Origin: Elusimicrobia bacterium HGW-Elusimicrobia-3
GTDB taxonomy: Bacteria > Elusimicrobiota > Elusimicrobia > Elusimicrobiales > UBA9959
Assembly (NCBI GenBank): GCA_002840355.1
Contig: PHAL01000002.1
Span: forward strand, 39,278 to 103,277
Direction: 5' to 3'
DNA length: 64,000 nucleotides
Shown in pieces: positions 25,248-32,988 of the stretch (positions are counted from its first letter, which is position 1; each line of letters begins with the position of its first letter). Below the pieces are notes generated by a model, which was not told the DNA's origin, did not search any database, and saw only the letters and a list, made by a program, of their open reading frames with translations. The position numbers and the translations under genes are program-made.

Positions 25248-26156
25248 ATGAAACTCCTGGCGGACCAGTTCCTGCTGCACCTGCGCGCGCAGCGGAACTT
25301 CGCGCGCAATACCATCAAGGCCTACCAGTTCGACCTGGGCGAGTTCCTCGCCTACGCGGCCGCCTCCAGGGCCGTGGAACCCAAGGCGCTGGACCGCCTG
25401 CTGATGCGCGGCTATATCGCCCATATCAGCGAACGGAAAGTTTCCCGCAATACGCTGCTGCGCAAGATCTCGGCGGTGCGCTCTTTCCTGCGCTACCTGC
25501 AGGAGACCGGGCAACTGGAGACCGACCCCTTCGACCTGATCACCATCCCCAAGAAGGAGAAACGGCTGCCGCGTTTTCTCACCGAGGGGGAGGTGGGCAA
25601 GCTGCAGGACCTCAACAGGCCCGAAGAGGTTAACGCCAGGGAGAAGGGCTACTATTTCGCCCTGCGCGACTTCGCCCTGTTCGAGCTGGTCTACTCCAGC
25701 GGCCTGCGCCGCTCCGAGGCGGCCGGCCTCAACATCGGCGACGTGGACTTTTTTTCCGGCTTCGCCCGCGTGATGGGCAAAGGCTCCAAGGAACGCCTGG
25801 TGCCGGTGGGGGACAGGGCGCTGGAAGCGCTCAAGGCCTACCTGGAGACCCGCCCGCGCCCGCTGGCCCACGGCCTGCCGCTCTTCCTCAATCACAAGCA
25901 GACCCGCCTGAGCGGGGCTGGCATAGCCCTGATCTTCAAAAAGATGGCCAAGCGCGCCAGGTTCGCCAGGCCGATGAACCCGCATTCGGTGCGCCACTCT
26001 TTCGCCACCCACCTGCTCGACCGCGGCTGCGACCTGAAGTCGGTGCAGGAGATGCTTGGGCACAAGAACCTGCAGACCACCGAGATCTATACCCACGTTT
26101 CACTGGAGCGCCTCAAAGAGGTGTACGAGAAGGCGCACCCGAGGTCCAAGAAATAA
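25248..26156 (+). CDS. Tyrosine recombinase XerC/XerD family
   Basis: SAM-like N-domain, catalytic residues in GLRRSE, HSVRHSFATHLL and TTEIYTHVS. Confidence 0.9.
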   Translation: MKLLADQFLLHLRAQRNFARNTIKAYQFDLGEFLAYAAASRAVEPKALDRLLMRGYIAHISERKVSRNTLLRKISAVRSFLRYLQETGQLETDPFDLITIPKKEKRLPRFLTEGEVGKLQDLNRPEEVNAREKGYYFALRDFALFELVYSSGLRRSEAAGLNIGDVDFFSGFARVMGKGSKERLVPVGDRALEALKAYLETRPRPLAHGLPLFLNHKQTRLSGAGIALIFKKMAKRARFARPMNPHSVRHSFATHLLDRGCDLKSVQEMLGHKNLQTTEIYTHVSLERLKEVYEKAHPRSKK

Positions 26157-27070
26157 TGGCCTACGACCCCGCGCTCGACATGGCCCCCGAACTGCTGGCC
26201 CGGGCCGCCCGCGCAGCCGGCGCCGGCCCCGATCTGGCGCAGGGCGGCGGCGGCAATGTCTCGGTCAAGACCGGCGCCGAGCGCATGCTGGTCAAAGCCT
26301 CCGGCTCGCGGCTGGGCGACCTGACCCCGGCCCGCGGCTGGGCGCTGGTAAACTACGGCAACATTAAGCGGCGCATAGCCGCCGGGCCCGGCGGCGACGC
26401 CGAATTTTCCGATTACATCGTCTCACAGGCGCTGCCGGTGAAAGGGATGCCGCCGGCCCGGCCCTCCATAGAGACCGGCTTTCATTCCCTGCTCAATACC
26501 GTGGTCATCCACACCCATTCGGTATACGCCAATGTTCTGAACATGAGCGAGGAGGGACACAAACTCGGCAGGGAGCTGTTCCCCAACGCTGAATTTATCC
26601 CGTACAAGGCGCCCGGCGCGCAGCTGTGCGCCGCCATAAGCGAACGGGCCCTGCCCGCCGGGCCGCAGGTGTTCTTCCTGGCCAACCATGGCCTGGTAGC
26701 GGCCCACGCCGGGGTAGAAGGCGCCCTGGAACTCAACGCCGGGGTGAACGAGAAGATCAAATCCGGGCTGGGGCTGCCGCCCTTCCGGCCGGCCGGGGGG
26801 GATTCCGGCCTATCGCCGGCCAACGCGGCGCTGCTGGCCAGGTACGGCAAAGCCTTCCTGCTGTCCAAGGTGCTTTCCCCGGACCAGGCCCTGTATTGCG
26901 GCCCGGAGGCCCTGGACGGGCGCTGCGGCGAGGCAGAGAACGAAGTGCTGGCAGCCCTGTTCTACATACTGGGCTGCATAGAGGGGCTGGGCCTTACCCC
27001 CAGGTTCCTGACCGGCCAGGAAACCGCCTATTTCGAATCCATGAAGGGCGGCCGCTATAGCCGGAAATAG
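26156..27070 (+). CDS. Class II aldolase/adducin-like domain protein
   Basis: GGGGNVSVK...MLVKASGS...HTHS pattern. The start overlaps the xer stop by 1 nt. Confidence 0.55.
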   Translation: MAYDPALDMAPELLARAARAAGAGPDLAQGGGGNVSVKTGAERMLVKASGSRLGDLTPARGWALVNYGNIKRRIAAGPGGDAEFSDYIVSQALPVKGMPPARPSIETGFHSLLNTVVIHTHSVYANVLNMSEEGHKLGRELFPNAEFIPYKAPGAQLCAAISERALPAGPQVFFLANHGLVAAHAGVEGALELNAGVNEKIKSGLGLPPFRPAGGDSGLSPANAALLARYGKAFLLSKVLSPDQALYCGPEALDGRCGEAENEVLAALFYILGCIEGLGLTPRFLTGQETAYFESMKGGRYSRK

Positions 27071-27108
27071 GCCGCTCTGACCCGCTCCCGAATGTATACA
27101 ACAGCACC

Positions 27109-27137
27109 TTGCGCAATCGGGTTCCGTCTGCTATAAC
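27109..27137 (+). promoter_or_regulatory. Putative sigma70 promoter
   Basis: TTGCGC, 17-nt spacer, TATAAC, preceded by TCTGC. The same TCTGCTAWAA context appears at 54606 and 48869. Confidence 0.45.
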
Positions 27138-27143
27138 ATACTA

Positions 27144-27310
27144 ACGATAATAGCAAACCCGGACCTGAAGGCCGGGGGCGCAAAGCCGCGGGGCAAAGGG
27201 ACGAGGGTCCACACGCCGGACGGGCTGCCGAAAGTGAGAGCGTGTATTTTGCCGGCCAGGCTACCGAATGAGGAAGTCCATTAATGGGCTGTTCCTGTTC
27301 GGTTTTTTTT
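27144..27310 (+). promoter_or_regulatory. Structured 5' leader ending in an intrinsic terminator (riboswitch/attenuator candidate)
   Basis: Hairpin CCCGGACC-TGAA-GGCCGGG (27158-76) followed by GGCGCAAAGCC. Nested stems GGCAAA/TTTGCC (27192-97/27248-53) and ACACGC/GCGTGT (27211-16/27240-45). A terminator follows. Confidence 0.5.
27264..27310 (+). terminator. Intrinsic terminator located inside the leader, 20 nt before the start codon
   Basis: CCGAA..AGGAAGTCCA-TTAA-TGGGC..TTCCT.TTCGG hairpin (27264-27302) followed by T8 (27303-27310). Confidence 0.6.
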
Positions 27311-27330
27311 ACTTTCAGCGAGGAGGCATT

Positions 27331-29502
27331 ATGTACGCAGCGGGTAAGGCGATAATGGCGACGGCGGCAATGATGCTGCTGCCGTTCTGCGCCTTCGCCC
27401 AGTTCGAGCCCGCGGCTTCCCTGCCGCAGCCCCTGCTGTCGCATACGGCCGTCATCATGGGCGGCCGTATTTACGTTTCCGGCGGCGTCAGCGACCGGGG
27501 CAGCGTGACCGGCGCCGGATACATAAATAACGTCTACTACTGCGCCACGATGAACGAAGACGGCACGCTGGGGGCCTGGCAGCCCGCCAGCGCTATGCCG
27601 GAGCTGCTCGGCCTTGGCCTGCACGCTTCGACGGTGCACAACGAGCGCGTCTACATCCTGGGCGGCATCAACTACTCCGGCCAGCGCAACCTCGTCTACT
27701 ATTCCGGGGCCAAAGCCGACGGCACGCTGAGCGGCTGGATGCGCGGCACCACGCTGCCGCAGCGCCTCTCCGCCCATTCCGCGGCCGTCTACAATAACAG
27801 GATTTACGTGACCGGCGGCATAGCCCGCAACATCGGCCCCGTGAACCTGGTCTACTCCGCGCCCATCAACGCGGACGGTTCCATGGGGGCCTGGCGCGAC
27901 GAAACAGCGCTGCCCTCCACGCTGTTCGGCCACCGCACCTTCGCCAAGGCCGGCAAACTCTACTCCCTCGGCGGTTTTACCGACGCCGGGCTGTACGGGC
28001 CCGGCGGCCTGCCGCCCGCCGGGGTGTCCCGCGGGGTCTACGCGGCGGCCATCAACGCCGACGGTACCCTGGGCGCCTGGACGGCCCAGCCGCAGCTGCC
28101 CTCCAGCCTGGCCTTCTACGGCATGGTGGCCACCGACAAGAGCGTCTACGTGCTGGGCGGTTTCGACGGCGGCGTTACCAACGCGGTCTACTTCTCGCCA
28201 ATCGCCGCCGACGGCGCGCTGGGCGCCTGGCAGGCGCTGCACGCGCTGCCGCAGAACCTGGTGTCGCTGGCGGCCGTGTCCACCCAGGACTACCTGTACT
28301 CCATCGGCGGCGGCCTTTCCTATATAGACGACCCGGTGGACGCCATCTATTTCTCCAGGCTGCGCTCCGAGCCCAAGGCTTTCGTGAAGATGACCCCTTC
28401 CTCCATCAATAAGGACGCCAACGGCAAGTGGGTTACCGTCGTCATCGGCCTGCCCGAGGCCGACGCGGCCGACGTGCTGGCCGAAACCGTCAGGATCTCC
28501 GCCGTGAACGGCGAGCCCGTGACCCCGATCGCGCCCGATCCCAAGTTCGTCGCCAAGGTGCAGAGCGGCGACACCGCCGACTTCGACGGCCTGGCCGGCG
28601 TGACCTACCTGATGCTCAAGTTCATGCGCGCCGACGTGGCGGCTATCATTCCCGACGGCGAGTTCTCGCTGAAGCTGACCGGCCAGCTGGCCGACGGCCG
28701 GAATTTCTCCGGAGAGAGCATGAACCGGGCCCTCTCCAGCAAAAAGACCTTTACCGCCCTGCTCGCCAAGCGCGCGGGCGAGCGCCGCGGCGCCGGCGGC
28801 CTCAAGGTGGACATCCCCGCCGGAGCCTTCAAGGGCAACCCCGAGCTGCTGCTCACCGCCGCTCCCGAGGAAGCCGAAGAGGTGGGCGAGGAGGAGAAAG
28901 GCAAGCGCGCCAAAGGGCTCAAGAATCGCTCGCTGGCGGCCGTTTCCGAAGCTTTCGAATTCGGCCCCCACGGCTCGGTCTTCGAGAAGCCGGTAACCAT
29001 CTCTCTGCCGTACCGCCCCGAGCTGCTGCCCCCGGGCGCCGACGAGAACGCCCTGCAGGTGGCCTACTGGAACGCGGCGGCCGGCGACTGGGAGATACTC
29101 CCCTCGGCAGTCTCCAAAGCCGACAAGTCCGTCAGCGCCCAGACCGGGCACTTCTCTACCTACCAGGTAATGGCCGGCGCCGCCCCCGCGGCAGCCCCCG
29201 CCGCCCCGGCCCCCGTCGCGGCGCTGGGCGAGGTCTATGTTTTCCCGAATCCCGCCAAGGGCGGTGCGGTGCCGGTGCTGCGCGTGGAAGCAGCGGCCGG
29301 CGAGCGGCTGCAGGTAAAGGTGTTCTCCGCCTCGGGCCGTCTGGCCTATGAGGGGGCGGTGAGCGGGGCCCCTGCCGCCGGCGGCGCTTATGAGCTGGAA
29401 CTGCGCGGCTCTTTCCCCAGCGGCGTGTACTATTACCAGGCGGAGGTGCAGAGCGGCGGCGGCAAGCTCAAGCGCTCGGGAAAGTTCGCGGTGGTACGGT
29501 AA
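27331..29502 (+). CDS. Secreted Kelch/beta-propeller repeat protein with a T9SS-type C-terminal sorting domain
   Basis: GGAGG lies 7 nt upstream of the ATG at 27331. Signal peptide is MYAAGKAIMATAAMMLLPFCAFA. There are repeated RIYV(S/T)GG...DGTLGAW units. The C-terminus VYVFPNPAKGG...GVYYYQAEV...GKFAVVR resembles a T9SS CTD. Confidence 0.8.
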   Translation: MYAAGKAIMATAAMMLLPFCAFAQFEPAASLPQPLLSHTAVIMGGRIYVSGGVSDRGSVTGAGYINNVYYCATMNEDGTLGAWQPASAMPELLGLGLHASTVHNERVYILGGINYSGQRNLVYYSGAKADGTLSGWMRGTTLPQRLSAHSAAVYNNRIYVTGGIARNIGPVNLVYSAPINADGSMGAWRDETALPSTLFGHRTFAKAGKLYSLGGFTDAGLYGPGGLPPAGVSRGVYAAAINADGTLGAWTAQPQLPSSLAFYGMVATDKSVYVLGGFDGGVTNAVYFSPIAADGALGAWQALHALPQNLVSLAAVSTQDYLYSIGGGLSYIDDPVDAIYFSRLRSEPKAFVKMTPSSINKDANGKWVTVVIGLPEADAADVLAETVRISAVNGEPVTPIAPDPKFVAKVQSGDTADFDGLAGVTYLMLKFMRADVAAIIPDGEFSLKLTGQLADGRNFSGESMNRALSSKKTFTALLAKRAGERRGAGGLKVDIPAGAFKGNPELLLTAAPEEAEEVGEEEKGKRAKGLKNRSLAAVSEAFEFGPHGSVFEKPVTISLPYRPELLPPGADENALQVAYWNAAAGDWEILPSAVSKADKSVSAQTGHFSTYQVMAGAAPAAAPAAPAPVAALGEVYVFPNPAKGGAVPVLRVEAAAGERLQVKVFSASGRLAYEGAVSGAPAAGGAYELELRGSFPSGVYYYQAEVQSGGGKLKRSGKFAVVR

Positions 29503-29506
29503 GATT

Positions 29507-30454
29507 ATGAAATCCCTGGACGGCGGGACAAAAAAGGACTTCGCGAACGGCCTGATCTACTGGCTGTCGCGGCCCTATGCGCTGGCGCTGGCGGCCGCTT
29601 TCCTGCTCGTGCCCTCGGTGCAGCTCTCGCGGGCGCTGGAGAGCGGCGCGGACTTCCTGAATATCGGCGCGGGCGCGCGCGCCTCGGCCATGGGCTCGGC
29701 CTATACCGCGCTGGCCGACGACAGCAACGCCATCTATTACAATCCCGGCGGCCTGGCCTACGCCCGCCGCGAGTTCTCCGTGATGCACTCGGCCTGGGCG
29801 CTGGGCGGCAGCTACGATTTCGCCTCGGCGGCCTTCCCCGCCGGCAAGTTCAAGGCGGCGGTCTCGGTGACCCGCCTGGACCACGGCGGGCTGGAAGGGC
29901 GCGGCGCGGGCGGCGAGCGCTCGGGCGGCTTCTCGGCCTCCGACAAGGCGCTGGGCCTGGCCCTGGCGCGCGGCATGGGTTCTTACAGCGTGGGCGTCGG
30001 CGCCAAGCTGCTGTCGAGCAGCATAGCCGGCTACCAGGCTTCGGCCGTGGCTTTCGATCTGGGCGCGATGAAGAAGATGAGCGGGGCCCCGGTGACCCTG
30101 GGCCTGGCGGTGCGCAATCTCGGCTCAGGCCTGAAGTTCGTGGACCGCCGCGAGAACCTGCCGCTGAGCCTCAACGCCGGCGCCTCCTACGCGGTGCTGC
30201 CCTCGGTGAACCTCTCGGCGGAGGTTGGCAGGCTGGTGCACGACCGCCGGACCACCTTCTCGGTGGGCACCGAGTACGGCCTGGGCGGCATGCTGGCCCT
30301 GCGCGGCGGCTACGCCGCGGCCTCGGGCGAGGGCCTGGGCGCGATGACCGGCGGCGTGGGCTTCAACGCCGGCTCGTTCCGCATGGATTATTCTTTCGCG
30401 CCGTTCGGCGGGTTCGACACCACCCGCCGGTTCAGCCTGTCGATGGGCTTCTAG
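29507..30454 (+). CDS. PorV/PorQ-like outer-membrane beta-barrel
   Basis: GAGARASAMGSAYTALADDSNAIYYNPGGLAY is the N-terminal signature I associate with PorV/PorQ-type barrels. It ends in an aromatic residue (SLSMGF). Confidence 0.55.
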   Translation: MKSLDGGTKKDFANGLIYWLSRPYALALAAAFLLVPSVQLSRALESGADFLNIGAGARASAMGSAYTALADDSNAIYYNPGGLAYARREFSVMHSAWALGGSYDFASAAFPAGKFKAAVSVTRLDHGGLEGRGAGGERSGGFSASDKALGLALARGMGSYSVGVGAKLLSSSIAGYQASAVAFDLGAMKKMSGAPVTLGLAVRNLGSGLKFVDRRENLPLSLNAGASYAVLPSVNLSAEVGRLVHDRRTTFSVGTEYGLGGMLALRGGYAAASGEGLGAMTGGVGFNAGSFRMDYSFAPFGGFDTTRRFSLSMGF

Positions 30455-31371
30455 AATTCCAGGTTCGGGCGAAGCACGAACTGGAAACTGTTGGGGGTTT
30501 TGGTTCCGGCCGCGCTGTTGGAAAGCGGGCCGGAATATTTTTTGTCCGCAGTCCAGACGAAGCCCAGCCCCAGCGTGAAGGCCGCGCGCGACTTCTTCAT
30601 CGGGAATTTCTTGTCCAGTATCAGCAGGTGCCGGATCGGCTCCAGCTTCTCCTGCGAGAAGTCCGAGACGTATTCGAAGCCGCTGTTATGCAGCCAGAAG
30701 CTGGTGGCGCCGCTGCCGGCGAAATCGGTGCGGCTGCGCCTGAAGCCGACGAAGAAAGAGTCGGCTATGTGCTTGTCGCCGTGGAACTTCATGCCGCCGC
30801 GGAAGCTCCAGCGCAGGCTGCGGTCGGCCAGGATCTGCTCGCCTTTCAGCTTGCCCTCCAGCTGCACCCAGCGGTCCCGTATCAGCACATTGTCCTTGAT
30901 ATGGTGCGTGCCCATGTCCACCAGCAGGCCGGAGTAGCCGTTGCGCTTGCCCTGCAGGGACTTCTTGATGGTGTCGAAAGAAACGACGTTGCCGAGGAAG
31001 ACCGACAGCGCCCAGGGCTCCTCGAAGCCGGCCGTGGCCGCCTGCACGGCGTTGAAGTTGCTGGCCAGCTGCATGTCCTCGTAGAAGCCGGGCTGGTGGC
31101 GCTTTATCAGCGTGCCGGCGTAAGGCAGGGGGTTGAGGCTGGCCTCAACTATCAGCGTGCGGGGGCGGTAGAAATTCTTTATCAGCTCCCTGTAGATCTC
31201 CAGTTCGTTGCGGACTTCAAGGTGCGGAATGGGCTTGCCGGTAAGACTGTTATAGACGCCGATGGCCGAGTAGTAGGGGTCCAGCTCTATTTCCACCGTG
31301 GTCTTTTTGTCCGCCACCTGGGCGGCGGCGGAGGAGGCGAGGAGGAGAAGCAGGGAGAGCAATATTTTCAT
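30451..31371 (-). CDS. Hypothetical outer-membrane protein
   Basis: Signal peptide MKILLSLLLLLASSAAAQ, beta-rich sequence, and terminal LRPNLEF (C-terminal Phe). Its stop overlaps the convergent gene's stop at CTAG (30451-30454). Confidence 0.55.
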   Translation of the reverse strand: MKILLSLLLLLASSAAAQVADKKTTVEIELDPYYSAIGVYNSLTGKPIPHLEVRNELEIYRELIKNFYRPRTLIVEASLNPLPYAGTLIKRHQPGFYEDMQLASNFNAVQAATAGFEEPWALSVFLGNVVSFDTIKKSLQGKRNGYSGLLVDMGTHHIKDNVLIRDRWVQLEGKLKGEQILADRSLRWSFRGGMKFHGDKHIADSFFVGFRRSRTDFAGSGATSFWLHNSGFEYVSDFSQEKLEPIRHLLILDKKFPMKKSRAAFTLGLGFVWTADKKYSGPLSNSAAGTKTPNSFQFVLRPNLEF

Positions 31372-31391
31372 CAGGCTTAATTTATCATTTT

Positions 31392-32834
31392 TTGTATACT
31401 TTCCCCATGAAAATACTAGTCCTTTCGGCGCTGCTGCTGTCGGCGCCTTGCGCCCACTCGGCCGGCGTGGACGGCGCCATAAAGCGCCTGGCCGCCGCGC
31501 CGGGCGTGGCCAACGCCTCGTGGGGCCTGAGCGTGAAGGACCTGGCCGGCCGGACCGTGGCGCAGCGCAACCCCCGCCTGAACCTGACGCCGGCGAGCAT
31601 ACTCAAGGTCTTCGTCACCGCGGCCGCCCTGGAGAAGTTCGGCCCCGAGAAAACTTTCATGACCGGCCTCTATTACGACGGCAAGATCTCCAACGGCTTC
31701 CTGAACGGCAACCTGTACATTCGCGGCGGCGGGGACCCTTCGCTGGGCTCTCAGCTGATAAAGGCCGCCAGGCCGCTGGAGGAGGTTTTTGCCGACTGGA
31801 CCGCCGCGCTGAAGGCCGCCGGCATCAGGGTAATAAACGGCGCGGTGGCCGGCGACGACAGCGCTTTCGAGAGCGCGCAGCCGGGCTCCTGGGCCTGGGA
31901 GGATATCGGCAACTACTATGCCGCCCAGCCTTCCGCCCTCACGGTCAACGACGGCGCTTACCGCATAGTCTTCAAGCCCTCGGAGCAGGTCGGAGGGGAA
32001 GCCGCGCTGCTGCGCGCCGAGCCGGCCGTAGAAGGCCTGGAATTCGAGAACTATATGCGCACCGGCCCGAAGGGCTCGGGCGACAACGGCTATGTCTACG
32101 CTTTTCCCGGCCAGCGCCGCGCCGTGCTGCGCGGCAGCATACCGCAGGGGCAGCCGGAGTTCGCCATCAAGGCCGCCCTGCCGGACCCCGCCCTGTTCGC
32201 GGCCCAGAGTTTCGGCGCTTACCTGACCCGGGCCGGCATAAACGCCAATAAGAAGCCTTTCGGTGGTTCTCCGGCGAAAGATGCGGATCTTACTCTCGTG
32301 ACGGAGACGGAATCGAGACCGCTCAAGGACGCGGTGCGCGTTACCAATAAGCGCAGTTTCAACCTCTACTCCGAGCTGCTGCTGCGGCACCTGGGCGGCG
32401 GCTCTCCCAGAGAGGGGGCTAACGCGGTTAAAATGTTCCTCGCCGCCGCCGGCGCGGAAGTCTCGGAACTGAAACTGGCCGACGCCTGCGGCCTGTCCTG
32501 GCGCAATATGACCAAGGCGGAGACCTTCACCGACCTGCTCCGCTACGTCCACGGCCGGAAATATTTCCCCGAGTTCTACGATTCGCTGGTCTACCCCGGA
32601 GACCCCGACGCCACCGGCCACGTGCGTAACCTGGGCAAGGGCACGCCGCTGGAACGGAACCTGCGCCTTAAATCGGGCTCCCTCAACGGCGTGCGCTCCT
32701 ATACCGGCTACCTCAAAACGAAAAAGGGGAAGACCCTCGTCTTCACCTCCATCATCAACAACTACTCCATGCCCGGCTCCGCCGCCGACAAGATGCACGA
32801 GGACCTCCTCCTCGCGCTGTACAATGGTTATTAG
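31392..32834 (+). CDS. dacB: D-alanyl-D-alanine carboxypeptidase/endopeptidase (PBP4, S13 family)
   Basis: Signal peptide, SxxK motif in TPASILKV, overall PBP4 layout, and KSGSLNGV (KTG-like) near the C-terminus. Confidence 0.85.
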   Translation: MYTFPMKILVLSALLLSAPCAHSAGVDGAIKRLAAAPGVANASWGLSVKDLAGRTVAQRNPRLNLTPASILKVFVTAAALEKFGPEKTFMTGLYYDGKISNGFLNGNLYIRGGGDPSLGSQLIKAARPLEEVFADWTAALKAAGIRVINGAVAGDDSAFESAQPGSWAWEDIGNYYAAQPSALTVNDGAYRIVFKPSEQVGGEAALLRAEPAVEGLEFENYMRTGPKGSGDNGYVYAFPGQRRAVLRGSIPQGQPEFAIKAALPDPALFAAQSFGAYLTRAGINANKKPFGGSPAKDADLTLVTETESRPLKDAVRVTNKRSFNLYSELLLRHLGGGSPREGANAVKMFLAAAGAEVSELKLADACGLSWRNMTKAETFTDLLRYVHGRKYFPEFYDSLVYPGDPDATGHVRNLGKGTPLERNLRLKSGSLNGVRSYTGYLKTKKGKTLVFTSIINNYSMPGSAADKMHEDLLLALYNGY

Positions 32835-32848
32835 TGCCTGGTTCTGTG

Positions 32849-32980
32849 CCTAAGCCAAGGGGACAGGGTTAGCAAAACCCTGTCGGAGGCCCGAGCTTGC
32901 ATAGCGCGAGGGCCGAGACGGGGAGTGGCGAGCACGGTGTGCGAGACCACGTTTTTGCGTTCCTGGCCCCTTGGATTAGG
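32849..32980 (+). repeat. Structured intergenic repeat, copy A (between convergent dacB and macB)
   Basis: Core 32866-32963 is homologous to the reverse complement of 45262-45355. Outer stem CCTAAGCCAAGGGG (32849-62) pairs with CCCCTTGGATTAGG (32967-80) with one mismatch. Inner stem is GCAAAAC/GTTTT(T)GC. Confidence 0.75.
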
Positions 32981-32988
32981 CGTACGGG

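Noticed and set aside
25248-26156. Tyrosine recombinase as a marker of an integrated mobile element
   Set aside because: The sequence looks like housekeeping XerC/XerD. There is no flanking tRNA, direct repeats, phage or IS genes, or obvious compositional shift.
27150-27260. Annotating the leader outright as a c-di-GMP-I (GEMM-I) riboswitch
   Set aside because: Only the 5' half (GCAAA-hairpin-GGCGCAAAGCC) resembles my memory of the consensus. I could not place the P2 helix or the conserved 3' AGCxGGGxUAC segment. It is kept as a hypothesis in the findings, not as a feature call.
27268-27330. ATG at 27268 as the start of the Kelch-repeat protein
   Set aside because: It has no SD, and the extra 21 aa (MRKSINGLFLFGFFYFQRGGI) overlap the terminator hairpin and T8 run. 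The ATG at 27331 has GGAGG at the right distance and yields a normal signal peptide. The call remains uncertain without data.
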